Positions 10,886-21,090 of a DNA stretch of 64,000 nucleotides are shown one piece after another. The position numbers and the translations under genes were made by a program. The DNA lies in contig JBHGUR010000035.1 of NCBI GenBank assembly GCA_048976805.1, positions 5,069-69,068 on the forward strand, read 5' to 3'. The notes below the pieces were generated by a model. The model ran no database searches and was not told the origin of the DNA. It was given only the letters and a program-made list of their open reading frames with translations. This DNA is from Ectobacillus sp. GTDB lineage: Bacteria; Bacillota; Bacilli; Bacillales; Bacillaceae_G. The stretch's first letter is position 1. Every line of letters starts with the position of its first letter.

Positions 10886-10911
10886 ACAGCAGTGTATGGA
10901 GGTATTGTATC

Positions 10912-11160
10912 ATGGAACATAAAGTAATCATTTACACACAAGAAACATGCGGTCCTTGCCACGCAGAAAAAGCATGGCTGCAAGATAACAATATTTCATT
11001 TGAAGAAAGAGATATCCGCAAAAATCCGGCTTACTTGGAAGAAGCGCTGCAGCTTGGGGCAAGCGCTACACCGGTAACGGTAATTCATACAAGCGCCGGC
11101 CATGAAGTTGTGATGGGGTTTGATAAAGAAAAACTCTCCGCGTTATTAAATCTGAGCTAA
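10912..11160 (+). CDS. glutaredoxin-like (NrdH-type) protein
   Basis: CGPC motif, ATPV cis-Pro loop, GFD; GGAGG RBS. Confidence 0.88.
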   Translation: MEHKVIIYTQETCGPCHAEKAWLQDNNISFEERDIRKNPAYLEEALQLGASATPVTVIHTSAGHEVVMGFDKEKLSALLNLS

Positions 11161-11274
11161 ACACATAAATGAACGGGAATCCGCAACTAAAACGCGGGTT
11201 CTTTTTATTGGCATCGTACAATACCTAAATTTATAATTAATAATTAAGGCAACTAGAAGGATAAGGAGAATGTC

Positions 11275-12033
11275 ATGAAGCTGATTTCTTGGAACGTAAA
11301 TGGTATTAGAGCTTGTGTGCGCAAAGGTTTTTTGCAGTACTTTGAAGAAATGGATGCGGATATATTCTGCATACAAGAAACAAAATTACAAGAAGGTCAA
11401 ATTCGGCTTGAACTAGAAAATTACTTTCAATATTGGAATTATGCAGTAAAAAAGGGATATTCCGGTACAGCTGTATTTACAAAGAAACAGCCATTATCGG
11501 TTACGTACGGTGTAGGGCCGGAGGAAACAGAGCCAGAAGGCCGTATTATCACATTAGAATTCGAGAGGTTTTATCTTGTGAATGTATATACACCGAATTC
11601 ACAACGAGATTTGGCAAGGCTGGATTATCGGCTTTCCTGGGAAGATAATATCCGCAGTTATCTGAAAGATTTGGATAACCGTAAGCCAGTCATTTTATGC
11701 GGCGATTTGAACGTAGCACATCAAGAAATCGACTTAAAAAACCCAAAGCCCAATAAAGGAAACTCCGGATTTACAGAAGAAGAACGGGAAAAAATGACGC
11801 AGTTGCTAAAATTCGGGTTTATTGATACGTTTCGCTATTTATATCCCGACAAAGAAGGCGCATATACGTGGTGGTCATATATGAACCAAGCAAGGGAGCG
11901 AAATATAGGGTGGAGAATCGATTATTTTATTGTGTCGGATACATTGAAGAAGTCGATCCAAGATGCCCAAATTCATGCCCATGTAATGGGAAGCGATCAT
12001 TGCCCTGTCGTTTTGGAACTGGTGCAAAAATAA
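11275..12033 (+). CDS. exoA: exodeoxyribonuclease III / AP endonuclease
   Basis: SWNVNG, LCGDLNVAH, GWRIDYF, GSDHCP motifs. Confidence 0.95.
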   Translation: MKLISWNVNGIRACVRKGFLQYFEEMDADIFCIQETKLQEGQIRLELENYFQYWNYAVKKGYSGTAVFTKKQPLSVTYGVGPEETEPEGRIITLEFERFYLVNVYTPNSQRDLARLDYRLSWEDNIRSYLKDLDNRKPVILCGDLNVAHQEIDLKNPKPNKGNSGFTEEEREKMTQLLKFGFIDTFRYLYPDKEGAYTWWSYMNQARERNIGWRIDYFIVSDTLKKSIQDAQIHAHVMGSDHCPVVLELVQK

Positions 12034-12078
12034 ATACTTCTAAAAAATAGGATGTGTGAAACGTTAGTGTTGATAAAT

Positions 12079-12241
12079 CCCCCTTCTCTTTGGAGGTGGA
12101 GAGTGCTCCCAGCCGTGTGTAGTAACGGTCAAGGCCTAACTCTGCCTCGTCCAAAGGAAAAACCAAAGGGAGAATATGAGTGCAGGGTACGATTGATTCT
12201 GCATAGCCGTGATGTACAGACTGATATCAAAATCAACATTG
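12079..12241. repeat. unassigned structured element, copy A
   Basis: Collinear homology with 37902-38034. Confidence 0.7.
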
Positions 12242-12374
12242 ATGCTATTGCGAATAGCGCCGCGATGGATAAAAATTACATTCCATAGATATAATTAAGG
12301 GTTATCAAAAATGAGCAACTTTTGGGGTAGCCAAAAAAATAAAGCAGCATGGGATATGCTGCTTTTATATTATA

Positions 12375-12524
12375 TTATTCAGCATTTCCAATTACGAAAG
12401 GGTTACCGCTAATATTGCTTCTCATTTCATCAGTCAATGTAAAAGGCTCTTTTACAGTTGAATCAGAATTTGCATAATCATGATTGTGTGCGCTGCCATC
12501 ATAATGAATCGGTTTTCCATCCAT
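12375..12524 (-). CDS. small protein, 49 aa (MDGKPIHYDGSAHNHDYANSDSTVKEPFTLTDEMRSNISGNPFVIGNAE)
   Basis: Read manually. GGAGGTG RBS; a hairpin terminator follows at ~12340-12367. Confidence 0.6.
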   Translation of the reverse strand: MDGKPIHYDGSAHNHDYANSDSTVKEPFTLTDEMRSNISGNPFVIGNAE

Positions 12525-12616
12525 AACTATCACCTCCATCAATCTAACGTTAAATATAGTATATACAATATTTTACTATTCATTTCCCGCTAATAGTCCT
12601 AAATCGCGTTTTCACT

Positions 12617-12940
12617 TTATGGATTCGTATATCTCATCCATCCGCCCTCTGACGGTGCCGCCTTATACTTGCCATAAGATAGAAGCTTCAGCGCTGAACG
12701 AATAGACGAATAAAAAACTAAGCTTAGCTTTGAATCTTCCTCCATTTCATCAGGATAAGCCGTAGATTCGTAAACATAATAAGCAGCCATAATGCAGGGT
12801 ACCACTTGATCCGGCTCAAATTCATAAGCGGCTGCCTCCCCGAAAACTAAATCTATGAGGGGTTGGCTTTTACCAGCAATTTCTTTTTGGAGCAGCTTTT
12901 TTACCGGCTCCGGCACTAATTCTAATATTTTATTCTTCAT
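12617..12940 (-). CDS. hypothetical protein
   Basis: ORF; probable ATG at 12940 after a GAGGTG RBS. Confidence 0.6.
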   Translation of the reverse strand: MKNKILELVPEPVKKLLQKEIAGKSQPLIDLVFGEAAAYEFEPDQVVPCIMAAYYVYESTAYPDEMEEDSKLSLVFYSSIRSALKLLSYGKYKAAPSEGGWMRYTNP

Positions 12941-13060
12941 AACAGTCACCTCATCCTTTATCATATCCAGATAATTGAAAAAAATATTGCTGTTAATCCG
13001 CATGAATTAGTCCCTTTAGCACAAAATAGGTACGAATCTAAAGTAGGAGGAGACTATAAA

Positions 13061-13186
13061 ATGACAAATCGCAACGATAATCGCGAGCGTAAAAACAAAT
13101 ATCCCAATAACCTCAAGCAGGACACTGAATTTGCAAAAGATGTAAATATTAGAAGCGAAGCAACAAAAAAGGATTTAAAGAAATAA
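13061..13186 (+). CDS. small charged protein, 41 aa (MTNRNDNRERKNKYPNNLKQDTEFAKDVNIRSEATKKDLKK), loosely YfhD-like
   Basis: Read manually; AGGAGG RBS. Confidence 0.6.
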   Translation: MTNRNDNRERKNKYPNNLKQDTEFAKDVNIRSEATKKDLKK

Positions 13187-13346
13187 GATGTGAAACTTTG
13201 GGCGCCTAACTCATTGGTATAGGTGCCTATTTTTATGCCTACTATTAAGTATTTTATGAATATTAGGATGTAAGAGATATCCAACAAGCGTTTCATAATG
13301 ATAAAATAAAAAGCATCATCAAGATTTATAAAGGGAGAGAAGCGGC

Positions 13347-13607
13347 ATGGAGTTTATCGATTTTCGAAGCGATACAGTCACAAAACCAACGCAAGAGATG
13401 AGACGGGCAATGCTACACGCTGAGGTGGGCGATGATGTGTATGGCGAAGACCCTACCGTAAATCGCCTGGAAGCATTGGCAGCCAAAATACTGGGGAAGG
13501 AAGATGCGCTATTTGTAACAAGCGGTACACAAGGAAATCAAATAGCCATACATGAAAAAGCAGCGGCTGTAATCACATATCTTAAGAAATGCAGTTTGCT
13601 GCAGTGA
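13347..13607 (+). pseudogene. ltaE: low-specificity L-threonine aldolase, truncated after ~68 codons
   Basis: [34 protein letters not shown], then an early stop; the full enzyme is about 340 aa. Confidence 0.85.
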
Positions 13608-13619
13608 GGAGAAAGTGTT

Positions 13620-14045
13620 TTGGATCAAAAGCAAACTGTACACATAGAAAAGAAATTATCAATAATCCAAAAAGTAAAAAGATGGGCAAAGCGCCTAAAG
13701 AAGCAGCTATTTGTTTTGTATGTAGCATACCAGGATGAAAGAGTGCCTTGGCACGCTAAATTGTTAACAATTCTCATTGTTGCGTATGCCTTTAGCCCTG
13801 TTGATCTTATTCCGGATTTCATTCCAGTTTTAGGTTACCTTGATGATTTGATTCTTGTGCCATTAGGTGTCTCCTTTGCTCTCAAGCTGATTCCAAGTGA
13901 AGTTTTACATGACTCCAAACGGAAAATGGAAGAGAATCCCCTTAAAAGCAAACCTAAAAACTGGTTGGCAGGTACTATCATTATTTGTATATGGATTTTT
14001 GTTTTAATAGCGGCGGGGAGATTATTTGTTTATAAGTGGATATAG
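13620..14045 (+). CDS. YkvA/DUF1232 family membrane protein
   Basis: [21 protein letters not shown] motif. Confidence 0.9.
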   Translation: MDQKQTVHIEKKLSIIQKVKRWAKRLKKQLFVLYVAYQDERVPWHAKLLTILIVAYAFSPVDLIPDFIPVLGYLDDLILVPLGVSFALKLIPSEVLHDSKRKMEENPLKSKPKNWLAGTIIICIWIFVLIAAGRLFVYKWI

Positions 14046-14055
14046 AGGTGAACAT

Positions 14056-15270
14056 ATGAATCATAACATAGATAGCAAGACATATGCACAATTATTCGAG
14101 GCTTTAGGAATGTTAAAAGAAACGCAGAGGCAATCGCAACAAAGAAAGGATAAAAGAATTTGGGGCGATATTTCTATTCCTTTTACACTACATGATGGCC
14201 TTGCCAGACTGACAAAAGATGAACTGCATGCGATACTGAGACAACTGGAGGTAGAGAGTGCAAGCAGCTTAAAAAAAGCAGAACTTATTTCATTATTTCA
14301 AGAAAGAATACCGAGTTCTCTTGAAACAATATGTTTGCAGCTGGACAAGGAACGTTACAACATAGTAAGAAAAATAGCCCGTAATGGCGGCTATATAGCA
14401 GCGCCCAGTTTAAAACAAAACCAAATGGAATACCTCCGCTCAATTGGCATTATATTTACAGGTATTTATAAGGAAAAAAAAATATTAGCAATGCCGCAGG
14501 AAATGATTGAGCAATTTTTGCATTTAGATGCTAGCCCCAAAACAAATGCGATTGTCCGCCGAAATACAGAATGGATCAAGCTTACCCAAGGACTTCTTTA
14601 CTATTATGGAACTTTAAGTTTAACAACGTTAACAGAAATGCTAGAAACATACACAAATGAACAATTAAATCTAACAGAATACCTAGAAATCATTAAAAAT
14701 GCAGCTTCATATTATCGGGAGATTCACATTGATAGCTACGGCTTTTCCAATAGCAGGGTGTTTGATCCAAAAAGAGTAAAAGAGGAGCATAAAATAAGGA
14801 AAAACCTTTCTTTCTTTCCTTTTTCTAAGGAGCAGCTGCTCAAAGCAGGCGAGCCTGAATATGTGGAACGGAACGAAAGCTATGTAAAGTTCGTTAATTT
14901 TATTATGCAACATTATGACATCAACAGGGAGGAAGCAGATGGCATCGTGGAAGAATGCGTGTATGCCACTAGAATAGGGAAAGGGCCTAACGATATCCTT
15001 ACATATTTGCAAAGCCGACTAGAATTCGATAGTATGGATACTCTGCGAGCATTTATGGAAAGAATTGTCCATCTCATGAATAATACAAGAGAATGGTTCC
15101 TAAAAGGATATACATCTGCAGAACTGCATGAACAAGAGAAACAATTGTTAATGCCATTGCCGGCTAGTAAAGATAATGTTATAGATATGAAAACCGGAAA
15201 AAAGATAGGACGAAATGATCCGTGTCCTTGTGGGAGCGGGAAAAAATACAAGAAGTGTTGCGGAAGATAG
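14056..15270 (+). CDS. SEC-C motif protein
   Basis: C-terminal [19 protein letters not shown]; ATG after a GAGGTG RBS. Confidence 0.85.
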   Translation: MNHNIDSKTYAQLFEALGMLKETQRQSQQRKDKRIWGDISIPFTLHDGLARLTKDELHAILRQLEVESASSLKKAELISLFQERIPSSLETICLQLDKERYNIVRKIARNGGYIAAPSLKQNQMEYLRSIGIIFTGIYKEKKILAMPQEMIEQFLHLDASPKTNAIVRRNTEWIKLTQGLLYYYGTLSLTTLTEMLETYTNEQLNLTEYLEIIKNAASYYREIHIDSYGFSNSRVFDPKRVKEEHKIRKNLSFFPFSKEQLLKAGEPEYVERNESYVKFVNFIMQHYDINREEADGIVEECVYATRIGKGPNDILTYLQSRLEFDSMDTLRAFMERIVHLMNNTREWFLKGYTSAELHEQEKQLLMPLPASKDNVIDMKTGKKIGRNDPCPCGSGKKYKKCCGR

Positions 15271-15334
15271 GTAACTGGATATAGCCTTACGTTGATAAGA
15301 TGATAGGGGTTTTGATGCAGGATGTTATATTAAA

Positions 15335-15385
15335 AGAACAGACAAGGAGTAACTCTACTCTCGAGTTACTCTTTGTCTGTTGATT
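15335..15385 (+). terminator. intrinsic terminator hairpin
   Basis: AACAGACAAGGAGTAACTC / GAGTTACTCTTTGTCTGTT inverted repeat. Confidence 0.6.
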
Positions 15386-15579
15386 GGCGTAACTGAGTGT
15401 TCCTCAGATTCTCGGCTCTGTTCCCGTTTTAGTACGAACGCCGATTGTTTCAGCAATCTCTGTTATTGCACCAGTAGCAAGGATGACATATGTAGCTTCC
15501 TTTGAGACTTTTATTTTTGTGATTGACGGAGCATTTGATGCTTGCATGTATTTGGGGATGAAGAAAGGGGTTTTCATTC

Positions 15580-18204
15580 ATGAATTCATCTGTTCTGTTT
15601 TTTAGCCAAATTAACCGCACTAGCCTTCCGCTTGTAGGAGGGAAAGGAGCCAACTTGGGAGAACTAAGCAAGGCAGGATTCCCAGTGCCTAGCGGATTTT
15701 GCGTGACAACACAGGCCTATCGGGGCTTTGTTGCTTCCAATCCGGAAATGGGTTCTTTGCTGCAAGAACTGAACCGTTTGGACTCCAACGACTTCACTCA
15801 ATTGCGATTACTGGGGGAGAGAATTCGCACCCACCTTCTCCAATTGCATATCCCAACCAAATTAAAGAATGAAATCATAGCGGCTTGGAAGGCAACGGGT
15901 TCGCAGTATGCATACGCAGTCCGTTCCAGTGCCACGGCTGAAGATTTGCCGACCGCTTCCTTTGCAGGCCAGCAGGATACATACCTAAACGTAAAAGGCG
16001 AGGAGTCATTGCTTTCTCATATCCAACAGTGCTGGGCTTCCCTTTTTACAGATCGAGCGATTTCATACAGGGCAAAAAACCATTTTGACCATCGGCAGGT
16101 GTATGTATCTGTTATCGTGCAGCGAATGGTACACCCTGAGCTATCGGGCATTATGTTTACAGCTGATCCCCTCACAGGCCATCGTAAAGTAATTACGATT
16201 GATGCAAGTTTTGGGATGGGGGAAGCATTAGTATCCGGCATTGTCTCCGCTGACCTGTATAAGGTAAAGGAGGGGAAGGTTATCGAGAAAAATATTTCCG
16301 AGAAAAGGCTAGCCGTCTTCCCGCTGCCGGAAGGGGGGACAGCCAAAAAAGAGGTGCCTTTGAAGCAACGAACCATGCAAGCATTGACAAATCAGCAAAT
16401 TTTGCAGTTAGCTGAATTGGGCAAAAAGGTGGAACAACATTTCGGAACTGCACAAGATATTGAGTTTTGTATTGAAAACGGAGACATATTCATCGTACAA
16501 AGCCGGCCCATTACGTCTTTGTACCCCTTGCCTGACATGCCGAGTGATCCGTTGCGCATTATGATTTCAGTTGGCCATATTCAAGTGATGACAGATGCCT
16601 TGAAACCGCTCGGCTTGTCCGTGTTCCAAACCATTATGCCCAAAAGTATATTAAAAACTGCAGGCGGGCGGATGTTCTTTGATTTGACAGATTTTCTTCA
16701 CTTAAAAGCAGGACAAAAAATCATCATCCAGATCCTACGCAACATGGATGAATCCATTAGCCGCGCTCTTGCAGACGTTGTGCAGCGCCCTGAGTTTAAG
16801 AAGAGCCGCTATAAGAAACAATCCATTATACTGGTTGCTAAAGCATTTCTGCCTGTCGCAAAGCAAGTGCTGAAAAATCTTTTTATCTATGATCCTTCTC
16901 TGGCAAAAGAAAGGACGGAAGAGGTGATGAGAGAATTTTCTTCCAAGGTGCAAAAAGATTTAGAGTCTTTAAACGGAACAAAGCGCTTGGAAACCATTCA
17001 GCGCTATTTAGGGCAGGTCCCGCAAGAAATATTGAAGATTTTTGCGAATCCAGTAACGTTTCTGGCGGCAGCGCTGCTCCTAAAGAAGCAGCTAACCCAC
17101 ATTATGGGGTCTGATTATGAAATTCATGTTTTAACCAAGTCGCTGCCTGGAAACATAATGAGCGAAATGGGATTGCAACTCGGCGGCTTAGCTGATTTCG
17201 TACGAAAGCACCCGGACGTAGAATCCTATCTCCAGACAGCAAAGGACGAAACGTTTTATGAAGGACTGGAAAATCTAGCAGGCGGAACAGAATTCGCGAA
17301 AATTTTCCAATCTTTTATAGAAACGTATGGAATGAGATGCCCCGGTGAAATTGATATTACAAAACCGCGTTGGAGAGAACAGCCGACTTTAATTGCGGCG
17401 AGCATATTGGGAGATGTCAAAAACCTAACGGATGGCGAATACCGTCACAATTTTGCAAAGGGACAAAAAGAAGTGGAGGAAGCAAAGGCAAGAATCTTTG
17501 CGAAAACGGAGTATCGCCGTTACCAATACAGAAAGACGAAACGGCTGATTGATGTATATCGGTATATGGGCGGATTGCGGGAGCATCATAAGCATCTATT
17601 AACTATTATTCTGGACTTATGTAAACAAGCCATCATAAAAGAAGCACAGGCATTGGTGGACGCAGGAGTTCTGCAAGAAGTTGAAGATGTGTATTATTTG
17701 ACGCTGGAGGAACTGATTCAGGTTGCAAATGGAACGTTTCAAGCGCATGTGCCGCACCTGGTAAGTGAGCGTAAAAGCCAATTTAAATGGTTCCAGACTT
17801 TAAAGCAGCCGCGTGTGCTGACAAGTGAGGGAGAAATCATTACAGGGTCTCCCAAAAAGGGAGAATATCCAGACGGCGCACTCATTGGCAGCCCGATTTC
17901 ACCAGGAGTTGTAGAAGGAATTGCACGAGTGGTGCTGTCTCCGGAAACAGCCCATTTGAACGAAGGAGAAATCCTGGTCGCACCGCATACAGATCCAGGC
18001 TGGACGCCGCTGTTTCAGTCTGCCGGGGCGTTGGTGGCAGAAGTAGGCGGCCTGATGACCCACGGCTCTATTGTCGCCAGAGAATATGGCATTCCAGCTG
18101 TAGCAGGAGTAGACGAGGCAACCAGACTCATTCAAGATGGGCAGCGGATACGGGTGGATGGAACCCGGGGATATGTGGAGATTTTAACTGACAACTCCCC
18201 TTAG
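15580..18204 (+). CDS. rifampin phosphotransferase-like protein (ATP-grasp + substrate domain + His-swivel)
   Basis: VGGKGANLGEL, VRSSATAEDLPTASFAGQQDTYLN, ISVGHIQVMTD, YGMRCPGEIDIT, GGLMTHGSIVAREYGIPAV motifs; no PEP-binding TIM barrel. Confidence 0.8.
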   Translation: MNSSVLFFSQINRTSLPLVGGKGANLGELSKAGFPVPSGFCVTTQAYRGFVASNPEMGSLLQELNRLDSNDFTQLRLLGERIRTHLLQLHIPTKLKNEIIAAWKATGSQYAYAVRSSATAEDLPTASFAGQQDTYLNVKGEESLLSHIQQCWASLFTDRAISYRAKNHFDHRQVYVSVIVQRMVHPELSGIMFTADPLTGHRKVITIDASFGMGEALVSGIVSADLYKVKEGKVIEKNISEKRLAVFPLPEGGTAKKEVPLKQRTMQALTNQQILQLAELGKKVEQHFGTAQDIEFCIENGDIFIVQSRPITSLYPLPDMPSDPLRIMISVGHIQVMTDALKPLGLSVFQTIMPKSILKTAGGRMFFDLTDFLHLKAGQKIIIQILRNMDESISRALADVVQRPEFKKSRYKKQSIILVAKAFLPVAKQVLKNLFIYDPSLAKERTEEVMREFSSKVQKDLESLNGTKRLETIQRYLGQVPQEILKIFANPVTFLAAALLLKKQLTHIMGSDYEIHVLTKSLPGNIMSEMGLQLGGLADFVRKHPDVESYLQTAKDETFYEGLENLAGGTEFAKIFQSFIETYGMRCPGEIDITKPRWREQPTLIAASILGDVKNLTDGEYRHNFAKGQKEVEEAKARIFAKTEYRRYQYRKTKRLIDVYRYMGGLREHHKHLLTIILDLCKQAIIKEAQALVDAGVLQEVEDVYYLTLEELIQVANGTFQAHVPHLVSERKSQFKWFQTLKQPRVLTSEGEIITGSPKKGEYPDGALIGSPISPGVVEGIARVVLSPETAHLNEGEILVAPHTDPGWTPLFQSAGALVAEVGGLMTHGSIVAREYGIPAVAGVDEATRLIQDGQRIRVDGTRGYVEILTDNSP

Positions 18205-18311
18205 TAACAAGACATTATTCGAACTAAAAGGAGTTCTTTTAATGAGATTTCTCATTAAGTATAAAGATTTTAAAACTAAAGAAACATTCCACTTTAGATT
18301 TATCCAAATAT

Positions 18312-18662
18312 TTGTTAATGGATGAAGAAGGAAAAGCCAAAATGGTGTTTGAGAGTATGTGTGAGGGGCTGCGGCTTATTGCTGATTTTGACCATTTGGA
18401 AATAGAAAAAATAGAAGAAGTAATCAATCATATTAGAATCCACGGTATGAATGCAGAACTAACGTATGCAACTAAGCAAAATCATCATTACTTAGCGGAA
18501 ATCATTTACCAAGTTCCTAAAAAGCATGATTTGAAAGCGGATTATCGTTTACGCGTTACAGACTTAATTTCTAACCAATCTGGTACAGTTCATATTGATA
18601 ACTTGGATACATGGTATGCTCCATACAGTTTAGGAAAAATCCTCTTAAAAAAAATGAGATAG
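18312..18662 (+). CDS. hypothetical protein, possibly the frameshifted tail of a gene starting at 18242
   Basis: ORF lacks a clear RBS; AAAGGAG RBS + ATG at 18242 opens only a 27-codon frame. Confidence 0.45.
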   Translation: MLMDEEGKAKMVFESMCEGLRLIADFDHLEIEKIEEVINHIRIHGMNAELTYATKQNHHYLAEIIYQVPKKHDLKADYRLRVTDLISNQSGTVHIDNLDTWYAPYSLGKILLKKMR

Positions 18663-18802
18663 TCATTAAAGGCCGGGAGAGTTTCAGGGCGCAAATTGCT
18701 CGTGAAATAGATAAACTTCCAAATGAGTATAGATTTAAAATCACTGATATCCTGAAATAAAAAGAAGTAATGAAATATTTTGTGACAAGGAAGTAAGGCT
18801 AC

Positions 18803-18820
18803 CATCACACAATCATCACA
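18803..18820 (+). promoter_or_regulatory. TCACA-N6-TCACA direct repeat, candidate OmpR-type binding site
   Basis: CATCACACAATCATCACA upstream of the response regulator; the same motif occurs at 21075-21090. Confidence 0.55.
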
Positions 18821-18868
18821 GAAATCTGATAATACTTTTAACAAAGATGTAATTGGGAGTGTTACTTA

Positions 18869-19549
18869 TTGAAAAAACCACTTGTATTGCTTGCAGATGA
18901 TGAATTAAGACTTAGAAAGCTCGTTTCTGATTTTCTTTTAAATGCTGGTTTTGAAGTAATTTGTGCTGAAAACGGCAAGCAGGCATTTGACACATTTTTG
19001 CAATTGAGTGAATCGATTGATCTCATCATTCTCGATGTGATGATGCCGATTATGGACGGATGGGAGGTATTGAATGAAATAAAAAGCATATCAACAGTCC
19101 CGGTCATCATGCTTACAGCCAAAGGTGAGGAAAGTGATCAACTTACCGGATTTCGACTTGGCGCAAATGATTATGTCTGTAAGCCGTTCTCTCCAAGCAT
19201 TTTGGTCGCCAGGGTGGAAAACCTGTTAAAACAATTGGGGAAAAAGGGACCGGACAGGCTTCATATTGGTGGCATTGCAATAGATACTAATCAGCATAGA
19301 GTATATGTCGATGAAAACAGCATTGATTTAACTCCAAAAGAATTTGATTTGCTATTGTTTTTATTTAAGAATGAAGGTTTAGCCCTTTCAAGAGACAAAA
19401 TCCTGAATGGGGTCTGGAGTTATGACTATCATGGGGATTTAAGGACAGTTGACACCCATGTTAAGCAGTTAAGGGCCAAACTTGGAAAGTATGGGACTTA
19501 TATTGAGACTGTAAGAGGTGTAGGTTACAGATTGAGGGAACAAACATGA
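18869..19549 (+). CDS. OmpR-family response regulator
   Basis: Receiver domain (ADDE, LDVMMP, MLTAK, KPF) and wHTH (LTPKEFDLL, RTVDTHVKQLR, ETVRGVGY). Confidence 0.95.
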   Translation: MKKPLVLLADDELRLRKLVSDFLLNAGFEVICAENGKQAFDTFLQLSESIDLIILDVMMPIMDGWEVLNEIKSISTVPVIMLTAKGEESDQLTGFRLGANDYVCKPFSPSILVARVENLLKQLGKKGPDRLHIGGIAIDTNQHRVYVDENSIDLTPKEFDLLLFLFKNEGLALSRDKILNGVWSYDYHGDLRTVDTHVKQLRAKLGKYGTYIETVRGVGYRLREQT

Positions 19550-21030
19550 GAATTACCATAAGGGGCAAGTTATTTGCAATTTTGGTTGGTATCATCCTCC
19601 TGTTTATTGCGGTCATCCAGCTTTTCAGCGCATTATTCCTCGAGGATTTTTATCAGTCCAATAAGAAAAAAACGTTGGAAGAGAGTTTTCACCAAACAGA
19701 ACAAATTATAACAACGGAAAAGGACTATGAAGAAAGGCTATCCGCTCTTCAAGATAATAAAAATGTGACGATTTTAATCCTTGACAGTGAGTATGAACCT
19801 TTTTTTAGATTAGCTTTATTAAAACGCCCGGCTAAATATCAAAATCAACAATCAAGGTCTCCAATGGGGCATGATGAGGAATTGATTAGCACCAACTTGG
19901 ATAAATTTAACGGTGAACCCGTTATTGTAACAAGGAAGGAGAGAAGAACAAACACCGAATTCTTAAGCCTTTATTCAGCCATCACACTGCCTGACGGAAC
20001 AAAGGGATTTACCGTGATTAGTACGTCAATTGATGCCATGAAGGACAGTGTGATGGCTGCGAGTGACTTTATCCTTTATACCTCACTCTTTGTTGGTGTA
20101 ATTGGAACAGTAGCTGTGCTTTATGTATCAGACAGAATTTCAAAACCCATTGTCAAAATAAACAGAATCACTTCAAAAATGGCCAAAATGGATTTTTCAG
20201 AAAGAATTACAGTTGATTCTTCAGATGAAATTGGTGAATTGGCCAATAACATAAATTTCCTTTCTAAGCAATTAGATCTTAAAATCAATGAACTGGCTAT
20301 TGCCAATAAACAGCTGAAAAAAGATATACAGTTAAAGGAAAAAGTGGAGCAGTCACGAAAAGAGTTGCTCTCGAATGTTTCTCATGAGTTAAAAACGCCG
20401 ATTTCGCTCATTGGTGGGTATGCAGAAGGATTAAAACTCAATATCAATGAGAACGACAAAGATTTCTATTGCGATGTCATCATCGATGAAACGAAAAAAA
20501 TGGACAAACTTGTATTAAGTCTCCTTGACCTCGCCCAGGTTGAGGCAGGTTATAAGGAAATGAACAGGGTTAGGGTTGACATCTCTCAATTGGTTGCAGG
20601 AATCCTTGATAAGTATCAATTAGTCTTTACTGAAAAAGGGATCAGCTTGCATAGTTCCTGCCAGGGAAATACCTTGGTGATGGCAGACATTGAAAGAATC
20701 GAACAAGTAGTTACCAATTACCTTAATAACGCGCTGGACCATGTTGATGCAAATCGAATCATTTCTGTTACTGTTAAAGAGATAAAAAATCAAGCAAGAG
20801 TAGGTATTTTTAATTCAGGGAAACCGATTGACCCTGACCAACTGGACCGGATTTGGGACAGTTTTTATAAAGTTGACAAGGCGCGCACAAGGGAATACGG
20901 AGGTTCCGGTCTTGGGTTATCGATTGTCAAAGCCATCATTCATCTTCATGAAGGCGAATATGGCGTAAGAAATCTTGCTGATGGCGTAGAATTTTGGTTT
21001 TTGCTCAATAAGATAAAAGGCAGCTCCTGA
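19546..21030 (+). CDS. HAMP-domain sensor histidine kinase
   Basis: Two TM helices, SHELKTP H-box, NYLNNA N-box, GSGLGLSI G-box. Confidence 0.95.
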   Translation: MRITIRGKLFAILVGIILLFIAVIQLFSALFLEDFYQSNKKKTLEESFHQTEQIITTEKDYEERLSALQDNKNVTILILDSEYEPFFRLALLKRPAKYQNQQSRSPMGHDEELISTNLDKFNGEPVIVTRKERRTNTEFLSLYSAITLPDGTKGFTVISTSIDAMKDSVMAASDFILYTSLFVGVIGTVAVLYVSDRISKPIVKINRITSKMAKMDFSERITVDSSDEIGELANNINFLSKQLDLKINELAIANKQLKKDIQLKEKVEQSRKELLSNVSHELKTPISLIGGYAEGLKLNINENDKDFYCDVIIDETKKMDKLVLSLLDLAQVEAGYKEMNRVRVDISQLVAGILDKYQLVFTEKGISLHSSCQGNTLVMADIERIEQVVTNYLNNALDHVDANRIISVTVKEIKNQARVGIFNSGKPIDPDQLDRIWDSFYKVDKARTREYGGSGLGLSIVKAIIHLHEGEYGVRNLADGVEFWFLLNKIKGSS

Positions 21031-21074
21031 CAACAGGCGCTGTCTTTTTTTGTCAATAGATTTCTTGATGCCCC

Positions 21075-21090
21075 TCACATAGACATCACA
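21075..21090 (+). promoter_or_regulatory. TCACA-N6-TCACA direct repeat upstream of the exporter operon
   Basis: TCACATAGACATCACA, followed by TATAAA at 21103-21108. Confidence 0.55.

Noticed and set aside
15580-18204. True PEP synthase (ppsA)
   Set aside because: The His domain is C-terminal and the PEP/pyruvate TIM barrel is absent; this is the RPH-type architecture.
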